A stretch of DNA of 64,000 nt from an uncultured Chlamydiae bacterium (GCA_963713615.1 CAVQMM010000001.1:1920001-1984000); one strand, 5' to 3'. Shown: positions 40,870 to 50,695, counted from the stretch's first letter. Notes: generated from the sequence alone by a model not told the origin. Numbers and translations are program-made.

Positions 40870-41186
40870 AACACACCTGATATCTCCGCGTGCTATCGCT
40901 AAAATTTGCCAGGACTTATAATTCCAATTCCGTTAAAACTAATTGCTTCATCAACGATAAAGGAACTCGCTAAAAATGAAAGACGAACAAAATAAGTCCA
41001 ACTGGTTGTCTCACATCAGAAACCTAACAATGACCCCAATCATAAGGTCGCTATGCCCTATGTACTTGTCATGACATACAGAACGGAACTGTCGGAAATT
41101 TTACAAGAAGCTGCAGATAGGATGGGACGATTGATCTCTTGCTAAATTGCTTTTCAACGCTATAAGGAAGGGGTTTTAGAAAACAA

Positions 41187-42101
41187 ATGGATTTTGAGAC
41201 GCTTCATCAGATCGAAATTAATCTAATGGGTCATCTGCAAGGCATCAGGGGCCCTATCTTAGATCAAATTATCCTCGCCTTGGACAACTGCGACCGCCTA
41301 CCTTTTTACACGATAGCGATTCTTTTGGTATGGTTCGTCTATCGTCCAAAGCTAGGAATGCAACTTTTTCTCTTGTTTGTCCTTTGTATAGTCACCAATC
41401 AAAATAGCAAAATCTTCTTTGCGCAACCTCGTCCATACCATGTGGATGCTTCTCTAGGACTTCTCTCTGTTGCATCGTTTGGCTTTCCCAGCGGAGCGGC
41501 TCAGGCATGGACAGTATTTTGTGGATGGATTGCCCTGACGGAACAAAGGCGTTGGGTGTGGATACTGGGTGCAAGCTTTTTGCTGTTGGTGAGTTTTTCC
41601 AGAGTCTACCTCGGAGTTCATTTCGCTACCGACATTCTTGGTGGATGGATCATTGGCAGTATGATCCTATGGGGATGTTACAACAATATGCCTCGACTAG
41701 AACGCTATCTAGCAGAGAAATCAAAGACCCAATTAGTACTCCTTAGTGTACTCTCGGCCATTTTTCTGGAGCTATGCTGCTTGGGAACTTCTGGAAAAAT
41801 CATGATCGCGGCAGGGCTTGGAGCATGCATCGGGTATATTTATGCTCCACAACTATTAAATCCCACCTGGAAGCAGAAAGTCCTTCGTGTTATCCTGGCC
41901 CTTGTAGGTGCCATTGTCTTACAACAAATCTCAAATGCCATTCGAAATAACACGGATGCTAACATCCACATATGGACCTCAGCCATTCTTTTCTTCCTCG
42001 TAGGCTTATGGGTTAGCTATGGTGTTCCTTTGATCACTGAAGAGAACAAAAAAGGACAACTACTCGGATCCTGGTCAATAAGAGGAAACACCGTTGAATA
42101 A
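41187..42101 (+). CDS. PAP2-family membrane phosphatase
   Basis: K.FFAQPRP, FPSG, SRVYLGVHF..D. Confidence 0.88.
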   Translation: MDFETLHQIEINLMGHLQGIRGPILDQIILALDNCDRLPFYTIAILLVWFVYRPKLGMQLFLLFVLCIVTNQNSKIFFAQPRPYHVDASLGLLSVASFGFPSGAAQAWTVFCGWIALTEQRRWVWILGASFLLLVSFSRVYLGVHFATDILGGWIIGSMILWGCYNNMPRLERYLAEKSKTQLVLLSVLSAIFLELCCLGTSGKIMIAAGLGACIGYIYAPQLLNPTWKQKVLRVILALVGAIVLQQISNAIRNNTDANIHIWTSAILFFLVGLWVSYGVPLITEENKKGQLLGSWSIRGNTVE

Positions 42102-42500
42102 AAAACCCGTGGTGCTCCTACTCGGATCGACCGGTCAACTGGGCTCACTGATTGCCAGACAACTTAAAGATCAACCCTCAATACACTTAAGGGTCACATC
42201 AAGAAAACAATCACAACTGCACGATCTTTCAAAACAGTATGGCGATGCTGTTTTCCTGGATTTTGATGACTCGAAATCCATTCAGGAGGCCTTTGCAGGC
42301 GTTGATCGTTTGTCTTGCTGACAGGCTATAGTTTTTCTATGGTGATACAATCCAAAATCATTGTGGAGGGACCCGACATTCATCATGGTAAAGACTATTG
42401 GTTTTCTACTGAATCCTTGAACGTATCAAAGCTAGCCGAAATTTTATCCGAGGTCACGGGAAGGAAGTTTACACCCGATCCAAAATCATCGGGAATCACA
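42094..42500 (+). pseudogene. NmrA/SDR-like oxidoreductase remnant
   Basis: LLGSTGQLGS Rossmann motif, frameshift near 42315, apparent internal deletion, runs into a REP cluster. Confidence 0.65.
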
Positions 42501-42577
42501 ATCGTCACTCGGCGTGAAGCGCTTTGGAGCCCCAACCGACTGCGTCGCCAATATCCGAAAGTAACAAAGCCTCCTAT

Positions 42578-42719
42578 GTGGCGCAGTCATTCCATGACAT
42601 TCCATGACTGCGGACCAATCCGTTGCAATTGTGGAGACGTGTAAAACAAACGCCCCAGCAAACAGAAGCTGTTTCAACCGTTCTCGCAGTCATGGAATGC
42701 CATGGAATGACTGCGCCAC
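42578..42719. repeat. REP doublet (GTGG-cgcagtca family), reverse orientation
   Basis: Reverse complement of the 29.6-kb unit. Confidence 0.85.
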
Positions 42720-42826
42720 ATAGGAAATTGCGCCAGCCAACCTTTTGAGTTACTTGGGTCTGAAATAGTATGTGAACCGTCTAAAATGATAACGGACACT
42801 TCCCTTTAGGGAAAGTGTCCGATAAT

Positions 42827-42910
42827 TGCCGAGGGTCGGACTCGAACCGACACCCTGTTGCCAAGAATAGATTTTGAGTCTATCGCGTCTACCGATTTCG
42901 CCACCTCGGC
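42827..42910 (-). tRNA. tRNA-Leu(CAA)
   Basis: gccgaggtggcgaaatcggtagacgcgatagactCAAaatctat...ggttcgagtccgaccctcggca; long variable arm; CCA not encoded; hairpin at 42794-42820 downstream. Confidence 0.96.
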
Positions 42911-43400
42911 GTGGTGATATGCAAGACTATAAAGAAAACGCTCTTTTTCAGCGATGCAAAAATTCGCATCGACAACGCAGATAGCCATTAAACCTCTTAT
43001 AATCGCTTCTCGGGCCGCAGCGTGTCGCTCTTGGATGGACATAAGGACCAAAACGACGAAAAGGACTCAGGAGGCATAATTCTGTACCCTATGATTTGAA
43101 GCAAACGGCAAAAAACATGATAAATGGGATATGTCTGATATACATGATAAAGGAAAAGAGAATCATTTGGTTCTTGGCAGGAATTGGCGAAGATGAGCTG
43201 CGTTGGCAGATGCTAGGTTTCGAGAGTGCAGGAATGCCTTTAGAAATATATAAGAAACAACAGGGAATCCTCCCCTACTATGGTGAAAGGCCGCTTGCCA
43301 TGCTGACTTCTAAGGAACGTGAGGAATGGCATAAGGTTACCTTGAAGGATGGGCACATGACGCGCCATGACAGACCCTATGATTCCTCATATGACAAAAC

Positions 43401-43560
43401 GGCCTTGTTCACCTTTACGGTCAGAATTTCGGTCGGACGAAAAAGGTCGGATGTCGTGGTTTGTGACGAGGGCATAGCGCCAGCTATGTCCGAGGAGCAA
43501 AACGCGACAGACGATCCTTTTGCAGTCGACCGAAAACTGACCGCAAAGGTGAATAAGGCC
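43401..43560. mobile_element. 160-bp MITE, copy 3 (reverse orientation; 8-bp TSD gacaaaac)
   Basis: Direct repeat at 43393-43400 and 43561-43568. Confidence 0.9.
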
Positions 43561-43578
43561 GACAAAACACCCTCCAGA

Positions 43579-44688
43579 TTAGTCGTTAAAAAACGATCGA
43601 AACATCCACTCCAACGATGCGTTCACGACTTGCTGATCAACCGTTGTGCAGTAACTACCTTTAAACGGCAATGACTCGCCAATACCACCAATCATCACAA
43701 ACCGTGGCAGGCTCTTCGTCGATTTCTTATCGAGAATCATGGCATCGCTCGTCGCTAGTGATGTCATCCCTGTAGGCAGTTTCAGAGGCAATTGATACTG
43801 TCGAAGCACATCGTGGATACGTCTAAAAGAAGTTTCATCCAGATAACCCAGCTGCACAGCCATGTGGGCTTCCACCAACAATCCCAAAGCGACTGCTTCG
43901 CCATGCGCCAACGAGTACTCCGATAGCAACTCCAGGGCATGCCCCACAGTATGTCCAAAGTTCAGAAGGCGACGCATCCCTTGCTCTTTCTCATCTTGCT
44001 CAACAATCGTTTTCTTGATGGCACAGCTATCAAAAATGGCCTTAGCTAAAAGTTCTTCATCACCAGCCAAAAGTTCCTCCGCATGCTGTGCCAAAAACTC
44101 AAAGTGCTGGTAATCGGTGATGCATCCGTGCTTGATCATCTCCACAAAGCCGTTTCGAAGCTCGTTAATCGATAGGGTCTTCAAAACGATTGGATCTATC
44201 AACACCTTTCTGGGTTGATAGATGCTTCCCACGAGGTTTTTACCATAGGGAACATCAACACCTACCTTACCACCAATGCTAGCATCCACCATGGCTAGCA
44301 GAGACGTCGGGGCCATAATTAAGGGTACCCCTCGGCAATACGTTGCCGCTATATACCCTCCCATATCGGTCACGACGCCACCACCCAAAGCAATCACACA
44401 GGTATCTCGTCCCAGTCCCTGCTTAAACATCTGATCTTCCAAAAATGCCTTGGTCTCGCGTGTCTTATGTCGTTCTCCACTTGGAAACGTGAATAGCCAC
44501 GCCTGCCAGCCATGGTCAACAAGCATCGCTTGTAGCTGAAGGGCATGTAACGGACCCACTATGCTATCACTAATGATCACAAAGCGGCTGCCGCAATTTT
44601 CAAAACAGGCACGCTCCGACAATACTCCACTACGGATCTCAATATCGTACGCAACAGCAGGTTGCGAAATCTCACACGTCAGCTTCAT
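43579..44688 (-). CDS. aroB: 3-dehydroquinate synthase
   Basis: GGGVVTD, PTSLLAMVDASIGGK, LNFGHTVGHALE, HGEAV. Confidence 0.96.
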   Translation of the reverse strand: MKLTCEISQPAVAYDIEIRSGVLSERACFENCGSRFVIISDSIVGPLHALQLQAMLVDHGWQAWLFTFPSGERHKTRETKAFLEDQMFKQGLGRDTCVIALGGGVVTDMGGYIAATYCRGVPLIMAPTSLLAMVDASIGGKVGVDVPYGKNLVGSIYQPRKVLIDPIVLKTLSINELRNGFVEMIKHGCITDYQHFEFLAQHAEELLAGDEELLAKAIFDSCAIKKTIVEQDEKEQGMRRLLNFGHTVGHALELLSEYSLAHGEAVALGLLVEAHMAVQLGYLDETSFRRIHDVLRQYQLPLKLPTGMTSLATSDAMILDKKSTKSLPRFVMIGGIGESLPFKGSYCTTVDQQVVNASLEWMFRSFFND

Positions 44689-45776
44689 AGTCGCACACAT
44701 CGATTGTAAAGGTATGCGTCAACAAGCACCAAAGCAACCATAGCTTCGACAATCGGGACGGCACGTATGGCAACGCAAGGATCATGACGCGAACCTACAG
44801 GCAGCTGAAAGGCTGCAGCTTCTCCCGAAGTGGTGACAGTCTGCTGCTGCTTCATAATGCTGGATGTAGGCTTAAAAGCGACTCGTCCTACCAATGGCAT
44901 TCCTGTCGAAATCCCACCAAGAGTCCCACCAGCATAGTTGGTATGCGTCTTAATTTCCCCACCCTCTTCGGTAAAGACATCGTTGTGCTGAGATCCTGGC
45001 ATGGTCACAGCACGGAAACCAGAGCCCATCTCAAACCCCTTAGTAGCAGGTAGCGACATCATCGCATGGGCTAGGCTGGCTTCCAGCTTGTCGTAGATGG
45101 GGTCTCCGAGGCCCACAGGTAATCCTGCCGCAGAAAACTCGATGACACCACCAAGAGAATCTCCTTCAGCCTTGGCCTTCTCTATCAACGCTGCCATAGC
45201 GGCAGTCCCTTGTTCATCTGGACAAAACAATGGGCTCCGATAGGTAGCGTCTCGGAGGTCGCCAGGCGGAATGTGCTCAACGTTGGCCTCGATGACCCCT
45301 ATTTGCTTAATGTATGCTGTGATCTCAATACCCACGCGGTGCAGTAGCTTGATGGCGATAGCACCAGCAGCCACGCGCCCTACCGTTTCACGTGCCGAAG
45401 AACGTCCACCGCCTCGATAGTCAAAAATGCCATACTTCTCCAAATAGGTAAAGTTGGCATGACCAGGCCTCAAGAGGTCTTTAATCGGCTCATATTTGCT
45501 GGAGTCAGCGTCCTTATTACGCACGACGATGCAAATGGGAGCGCCTGTAGTACGTCCCTCAAAGACGCCTGAAAGGATTTCAGCCTTGTCAGACTCTTGC
45601 CGAGGGGTGGTATACGGATTACGTCCAGGAGCTCGCAGCGCCAAGGCAGCATTGATCTCACTGTCATCGATCTCTAGGCCTGCAGGACAGCCATCGATGA
45701 CCACTCCAACGGCTTTTCCATGAGATTCTCCCCAGGTAGTTATCCTAAAGATCCGTCCAAACGCGTTGCTAGCCAT
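44685..45776 (-). CDS. aroC: Chorismate synthase
   Basis: GESHG, RPGHA, GGGRSSARET, FKPTSS, RHDPC. Confidence 0.97.
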   Translation of the reverse strand: MASNAFGRIFRITTWGESHGKAVGVVIDGCPAGLEIDDSEINAALALRAPGRNPYTTPRQESDKAEILSGVFEGRTTGAPICIVVRNKDADSSKYEPIKDLLRPGHANFTYLEKYGIFDYRGGGRSSARETVGRVAAGAIAIKLLHRVGIEITAYIKQIGVIEANVEHIPPGDLRDATYRSPLFCPDEQGTAAMAALIEKAKAEGDSLGGVIEFSAAGLPVGLGDPIYDKLEASLAHAMMSLPATKGFEMGSGFRAVTMPGSQHNDVFTEEGGEIKTHTNYAGGTLGGISTGMPLVGRVAFKPTSSIMKQQQTVTTSGEAAAFQLPVGSRHDPCVAIRAVPIVEAMVALVLVDAYLYNRCVRL

Positions 45777-46299
45777 GCTCTAACCTACGTACAATTTCGG
45801 ATACGATTTGCTCCTGGCTTAAATTGCTAACTTCTAAGGTTACATTTGCCACAGATTCATAGGTGGCTTGTCGTTGTTCAGCTAACTCATAAAAGGCCTT
45901 TTCAGGATCCCCAAGATCCAGATCCAGATATGAAGGTGTTTCGCGCTGTTTCACGCGCTCCCAAAGCACCTTAGGGTCAGCCTTGAGGTAGATCAGGCAT
46001 CCTTCTCGTCTTAGCACTGCGAGATTTACGGGATTAAGCAGTGTGCCTCCGCCTACAGCGATGATAGTCGGTGGCTCGAGTTTCAGTTGGAGGATCTGCT
46101 GTTTTTCTAAGATGCGAAAATAGTCAGCTCCTTCCTTCAGGCTAATCTGACGACAGGTGCACGCCAATCCCGTCTTGGCAGTGTAAGCGGCTTCGATGAG
46201 CGCGTCAGTATCGATGAGTTTCCATCCCCACAACTCGGCGATCTTCTTGGCCACGGTGGTCTTACCGCTTCCAGGCATGCCGCATAAAATCAAATTCAT
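45769..46299 (-). CDS. aroK: Shikimate kinase
   Basis: GMPGSGKTT, DTD, FR..E, GGG. Confidence 0.93.
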   Translation of the reverse strand: MNLILCGMPGSGKTTVAKKIAELWGWKLIDTDALIEAAYTAKTGLACTCRQISLKEGADYFRILEKQQILQLKLEPPTIIAVGGGTLLNPVNLAVLRREGCLIYLKADPKVLWERVKQRETPSYLDLDLGDPEKAFYELAEQRQATYESVANVTLEVSNLSQEQIVSEIVRRLEHG

Positions 46300-47585
46300 A
46301 GTGTCTCCTTAATATTAGCTCCAAGAGCATTAAAATCGTGCAAAAAGGTCGGAAAGGTCTTTGCCACACACTCGACAGGTCCAATCGTTGTCTGTCCTTG
46401 CGCACCTAGGCCAGCCACGGTCAAAGACATGACCATGCGATGATCATGATAGGAATGTACTTGCGTACCTTTTAAAGCGGACTTCCTGATGCGTAACCCA
46501 TCTTCCAGCTCGACGACATCAGCACCCATTTTGCGCAGTTCGGTGGCTATACATTGAATGCGATTGCACTCCTTTTGCCTGGCCACTGCAGCATTATAAA
46601 TATGTGTCTCGCCTTCCGCATAACAGGCGACTACAGCCAGAATCGTAATGGCATCAACAAAGTCATTGATATCAACGGCAATGCCGCGAAGAACTTGATT
46701 GGCTGGAATATGCAAAGTACGTTGGTTAGCATCAATCTCAATCGATGCTCCCATGCGCTGAAAAACGTTGATGAGTTCCTTGTCACCTTGCGTATCGCTC
46801 ATATCCACATTGCGAAGTGTGAGCGCTGAGCCCGTTACAAGGGCTGCTGCAAGCGGAAAAGCCACTGAGCTGAGGTCGCCAGGAACAGGGTAATCAAACC
46901 CGGCAACGTGGGCATTGCCGCGCATACGATAGTGTCGATAGTCTTGGTGTTCATAGGGGATTCCCAGTCGATCAAACCAATCTAAAGTCAGCGCAACCCA
47001 AGGTTTTTCGCCGGGGTTGGGCACCAAGAGATCAATAGGTCCTTGGGCAAAGGCTGCAGCAATCAATAGTGAAGAGACTGGCTGGGAGTCTTCACCTTCA
47101 ACTTGAGTGCTTCCGGCCTTCAGGGGTCCCTGGATAATAATCGGAGCAAAACCATCGCCACGGGTAGATATGGCTGATACACCCAGTTGAGCGAGGCCAT
47201 CGAGCAAGGGCTTCATCGGCCTTTGATGCCGAATGGAGTAGTCGCCCGTAATCACGATAGGTCGGTCCGCCAAAGCGGCTATAGCCGCACAGAAACGCAA
47301 TACGATACCCGAATTGCCAGCGTTGATGACATCTTCGGCATACTGAATCCGGCCACCTACCCCACCGATGTTAATCTGGTCTGGCAAGACCTCCAAGGTG
47401 GCCCCTAGCAAACGGCAGGCTTCGATCATCGCGCGGGCATCAGGCGAATCCAGGTAGTTGCATATTGTCGTCTTCCCCGTTGCCAAAGCGCCAAAGAGAA
47501 TAGCTCGCAAAGTATGCGACTTGGATGGCGGCACAAGGATGTCCCCATGCAATGTGGCTTTATTGACCAAGTATTGACTCATCAT
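46296..47585 (-). CDS. aroA: EPSP synthase
   Basis: PPSKS..RA, GNSG, SQPVSSLL, KECNRI, DHRMVMS. Confidence 0.96.
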   Translation of the reverse strand: MMSQYLVNKATLHGDILVPPSKSHTLRAILFGALATGKTTICNYLDSPDARAMIEACRLLGATLEVLPDQINIGGVGGRIQYAEDVINAGNSGIVLRFCAAIAALADRPIVITGDYSIRHQRPMKPLLDGLAQLGVSAISTRGDGFAPIIIQGPLKAGSTQVEGEDSQPVSSLLIAAAFAQGPIDLLVPNPGEKPWVALTLDWFDRLGIPYEHQDYRHYRMRGNAHVAGFDYPVPGDLSSVAFPLAAALVTGSALTLRNVDMSDTQGDKELINVFQRMGASIEIDANQRTLHIPANQVLRGIAVDINDFVDAITILAVVACYAEGETHIYNAAVARQKECNRIQCIATELRKMGADVVELEDGLRIRKSALKGTQVHSYHDHRMVMSLTVAGLGAQGQTTIGPVECVAKTFPTFLHDFNALGANIKETL

Positions 47586-48639
47586 GAAGCTCCTTATCAA
47601 TCGTTAGCTGATCAATTAAACAGTCAAGGTAACTGCGTATGAACTTCTGATTGAACATTTCAATTTCCGCCCGCATCTCCCTATTTCCATGTGCCAAACG
47701 CGTAAACGAATGAAAGCCAGGGCCTGCCATTTCTAGACTGGCTGGATCTGCTGCCTGCACTAACCGCCAAACGCTTTTCGACAGAATGCCAGGAATGTGC
47801 GATACCAGAGCAGCGCGTTGATCGTGTACATCTGCATCGAGATCAAGCGGTTCAGCGCCCAAAAATCGAATAAACGCCTTTGTCTGCTGTAGCGCCTGAA
47901 TACAGTTTTTGCCATGGGGTACGACGACCCAGGGTCTTCCGACAAAAAGCGTCGCCTGGCCATTGGCAAAACCGCGCTTTTCTGTTCCTGCCATCGGATG
48001 CGTCCCCACAAACTCTACGCGAGCGTCCGATAGCTTTTCAAAAGCCTCCACAATGTTTTCCTTCACGCTAGCAATGTCGATCACGAGCAGCTTCCGAGCG
48101 TTGTAGCGATGCCGCTGAATCTCTTCTGCCAGGGGCACCACGGAAGAAATGGGACTAGCCAGGATAATCACCTCAGAGTATTCCATCAGCTCTACAAGAG
48201 TGTCGCAAGACCTGTCTATGCAACCATTCTCGATTGCCAGAACATAATCCTCCGAAGAGTGCACCATAGTGGCTATTTCAATCGTTGGATCCTTCAACTT
48301 AATGGCTTTGCAAATGGATCCTCCCATCAAGCCTAGCCCAATGATGCCTACTCGCCTAAAGGGGCTTGCGGGATATTTGAAAAACTGCTGACTTATTTTG
48401 GACCCTTCTATGATGGCTTGAAAGATTATGCCGATGCTCTCCTTAAGCACAGGATGCTGCACCTGCATCTCTGCACGCTCCACAATCGTTCCTTCGCGTC
48501 CTTTGTCCGTTAAGGGAAGGTTGTGTTGGTATTTGACTTGGCCGATCTGACCCACCATGGTCATTCTTTCATCCAATAACGAGGTAATTTGAGCATCAAT
48601 TTGATCCAGGCGATCACGCAATGACGTTAAGTTTTCCAT
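47560..48639 (-). CDS. tyrA: Chorismate mutase-prephenate dehydrogenase fusion
   Basis: LR..LD.ID..I..LL.ER (AroQ), then GLGLMGGS, HPMAGTE, HD...SH.P. Confidence 0.9.
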   Translation of the reverse strand: MENLTSLRDRLDQIDAQITSLLDERMTMVGQIGQVKYQHNLPLTDKGREGTIVERAEMQVQHPVLKESIGIIFQAIIEGSKISQQFFKYPASPFRRVGIIGLGLMGGSICKAIKLKDPTIEIATMVHSSEDYVLAIENGCIDRSCDTLVELMEYSEVIILASPISSVVPLAEEIQRHRYNARKLLVIDIASVKENIVEAFEKLSDARVEFVGTHPMAGTEKRGFANGQATLFVGRPWVVVPHGKNCIQALQQTKAFIRFLGAEPLDLDADVHDQRAALVSHIPGILSKSVWRLVQAADPASLEMAGPGFHSFTRLAHGNREMRAEIEMFNQKFIRSYLDCLIDQLTIDKELHDESILGQ

Positions 48640-49451
48640 AATATTCCTGCTTTGTAAAGTCCTAATATTCTTATTGTTTGACCAAGAGTAGCCAATTCGG
48701 CATGACCGCACTGGGTCATGTCGTCTGTAAACTCGAAGTCCACGTAAAACACATATTCAAATGGCTGACCGCGTAAGGGGCGCGACTCCATCTTCATGAG
48801 ATTGAAGCCTTGACTGCTAAAGCGGTTCAACACGGCGGCTAGTGCTCCGGGAACATGCTCCAAACGCAAGGATAAGGAACACTTACTGGCGCCAGGAACA
48901 ACGACCCTTTCCTTAGATACGATCACGAACCGCGTATAGTTGCTTGGATCGTCCTCAATCCCTCGCTGCAATCCCGACAGCCCATAGATCTCACCCGCCG
49001 ATGCACTGGCAATAGCGGCATAGGCAGGGTCTCCTGAAGCAGAAACAGATGCTGCCGCCGCGGCAGTATCGCTATGCGCGATACCTTGCATCCAAGGATG
49101 CTTTTCGAAGAATGCTAAGCATTGCTCCAAGGCTTTGGGATGCGAAAACACAGTCTTAACATCCTTTAAAGTGGCATGAGGCATCCCAAGCAGACAGTGG
49201 TCAACCTTAAGAAAATGCTCTTCAACAATAGTGAACTGATGCTGCTCCAGGAGGTCATAATTTTCATAAATTGACCCCACTAAGCTATTTTCAATAGGAA
49301 CAGCAGCATAGTCAGCCTCACCATCCTCAAGCCGCTGAAACACTTCTCGGAATGTCTTGGCGCTCACAAAATGGTTGTCTTGGCCGGAACTTTTCACAGC
49401 AGCTAAATAGCTAAATGAGCCTCTCAGCCCTAGATGTGCGATCGTCTTCAT
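48627..49451 (-). CDS. pheA: Prephenate dehydratase with ACT domain
   Basis: PIENS..GS, SHPKALEQC, NYTRF, ESRP; ATGA overlap with the upstream gene. Confidence 0.93.
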   Translation of the reverse strand: MKTIAHLGLRGSFSYLAAVKSSGQDNHFVSAKTFREVFQRLEDGEADYAAVPIENSLVGSIYENYDLLEQHQFTIVEEHFLKVDHCLLGMPHATLKDVKTVFSHPKALEQCLAFFEKHPWMQGIAHSDTAAAAASVSASGDPAYAAIASASAGEIYGLSGLQRGIEDDPSNYTRFVIVSKERVVVPGASKCSLSLRLEHVPGALAAVLNRFSSQGFNLMKMESRPLRGQPFEYVFYVDFEFTDDMTQCGHAELATLGQTIRILGLYKAGILWKT

Positions 49452-50254
49452 GCGATGTCCCATTGGTATTTGGGTCCCTGAGTAATCCTCAACAGCTCTT
49501 TGAATTGTTCAGGAGAGAGCTGCTGCTTCGCATCCGTCTTAGCCTTCTGGGGCTCGCTATGCATTTCCACCAAGCAACCATCGAAGTCATAAGCCGCTGA
49601 CGCCGCCATCACATCGAGGACATTTTCCGGTGACCCACCAATATGAGAGGGATCCAACAACATGGGGATACCCGTCTGCTGCTTCACTCGCATAGCCATG
49701 TCGAAATCGGGCAGATTGCGAAAGCCCTTAGGGTTCGGCTGTTTGCCCGGGCAGAAACCGCGGTGGCAGGTCATCAGACGTTCCTGCGGGAATCCAGCCG
49801 CCAGAAGGTGCTCGTAGATACCTAGCCAATGCCGCTCATCATCCCACATCTGGTTCTTGAACATCAGAGTGATGCCTTTGGGGCCTGCGGCAAGAATCTG
49901 AGCAATACGCCTCTGTTCGATATGGTTTTGGTTGCGCGATCCCAGCCACACCAGCATGCGCGCATCGCGTCCATAATGTTCCAAAGCTTGCACGATCATG
50001 TGAGCGTGCTCGACGCTGATGATCTCCGTGGCTGGGGTCATGCCATGAGCAAGCGTCTCTTCCAATAAAAGTGGAAGGCTCATCCATCCGAGTCCCTCCC
50101 AACCCGGCTGTGTGCGCGGTTTCCATAAGGAGGCTCGTATCATGGTGACGCCCAGCTGCTTTAAAATTCGCGCACACTCTCTTAGCTGGTGCCGAGATTC
50201 CAAAGCACATGGGCCCGCAATGACCCATTTGCCGATATTTGTCTGTTTAAGCAT
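49448..50254 (-). CDS. DAHP synthase (class I beta)
   Basis: IAGPCALES, WKPRT.P.WEG.G, CHRGF, DPSH, E.H..P..A.TD..QQ. Confidence 0.88.
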   Translation of the reverse strand: MLKQTNIGKWVIAGPCALESRHQLRECARILKQLGVTMIRASLWKPRTQPGWEGLGWMSLPLLLEETLAHGMTPATEIISVEHAHMIVQALEHYGRDARMLVWLGSRNQNHIEQRRIAQILAAGPKGITLMFKNQMWDDERHWLGIYEHLLAAGFPQERLMTCHRGFCPGKQPNPKGFRNLPDFDMAMRVKQQTGIPMLLDPSHIGGSPENVLDVMAASAAYDFDGCLVEMHSEPQKAKTDAKQQLSPEQFKELLRITQGPKYQWDIA

Positions 50255-50287
50255 TTTTCAAATCCTTTCTTTTTTTGATTTTGGACA

Positions 50288-50316
50288 ATAAAAAACCCCG
50301 CCTTAGGCGGGGTTTG
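50288..50316 (-). terminator. Attenuator terminator 2 (proximal)
   Basis: Minus strand aaaccccgcc-taa-ggcggggtttttt, about 35 nt before the DAHP synthase start. Confidence 0.9.
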
Positions 50317-50350
50317 CGTTTGGGTTAGCCTTATTTTTATGCTAACGACA

Positions 50351-50464
50351 TCACAACTCCCGCCATGGGTGTGGAGTAAAAAAGTAATAATAAAAGTAGA
50401 AGCTGCAGCCTTGGACAGAAGCCCTAAACTCGATGGCAGGATTGTGACTGTCTGAATGATACAT
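50351..50464 (-). CDS. Phe/Tyr-rich leader peptide 2: MYHSDSHNPAIEFRASVQGCSFYFYYYFFTPHPWREL
   Basis: Translated by hand; 8 consecutive Phe/Tyr codons; 3' end ggcgggagttgtg complementary to the 5' arm of terminator 2. Confidence 0.88.
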   Translation of the reverse strand: MYHSDSHNPAIEFRASVQGCSFYFYYYFFTPHPWREL

Positions 50465-50503
50465 TTTATTTTATTCCACTAAAAACTGGTTCGGATTCGG
50501 ACC

Positions 50504-50536
50504 AAAAAAAAGCCCCGCTTGTGGCGGGGCTTTTTT
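50504..50536 (-). terminator. Attenuator terminator 1 (distal)
   Basis: Minus strand aaaaaagccccgc-cacaa-gcggggctttttttt. Confidence 0.9.
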
Positions 50537-50564
50537 GATCACTTGTTAAAGTTTATTACAAGCG

Positions 50565-50636
50565 TCAGCTAGCCTCACACCACTTAGGTGCCTTCATAAA
50601 GTAATAGAAGTAGGCAAAAGCTAACAAATGACGCAC
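50565..50636 (-). CDS. Phe/Tyr-rich leader peptide 1: MRHLLAFAYFYYFMKAPKWCEAS (GTG start)
   Basis: AAGGA 9 nt before GTG; FAYFYYF run; gtggtgtgaggct complementary to agccccgccac of terminator 1. Confidence 0.82.
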   Translation of the reverse strand: MRHLLAFAYFYYFMKAPKWCEAS

Positions 50637-50665
50637 TGTAACGCATCCTTTATTTATTTAACCTA

Positions 50666-50695
50666 ATTTTAAATTAATTAGCTATTTTTTTGCAA
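50666..50695 (-). promoter_or_regulatory. Putative sigma66/sigma70 promoter of the aro operon leader
   Basis: Minus strand TTGCAA-N18-TAAAAT, about 30 nt upstream of leader 1. Confidence 0.5.

Noticed and set aside
43096..43674. 192-aa functional gene
   Set aside because: Mosaic of a repeat shared with ~20540, a short possible gene fragment, the MITE and antisense aroB; at best a remnant
50584..50646. Leu-rich leader MRYSASFVSFCLLLLLYEGT in an alternative frame
   Set aside because: Its ATG overlaps the AAGGA with no spacing, and the Leu run is the shifted reading of the Tyr/Phe codons; the GTG frame fits the operon's function
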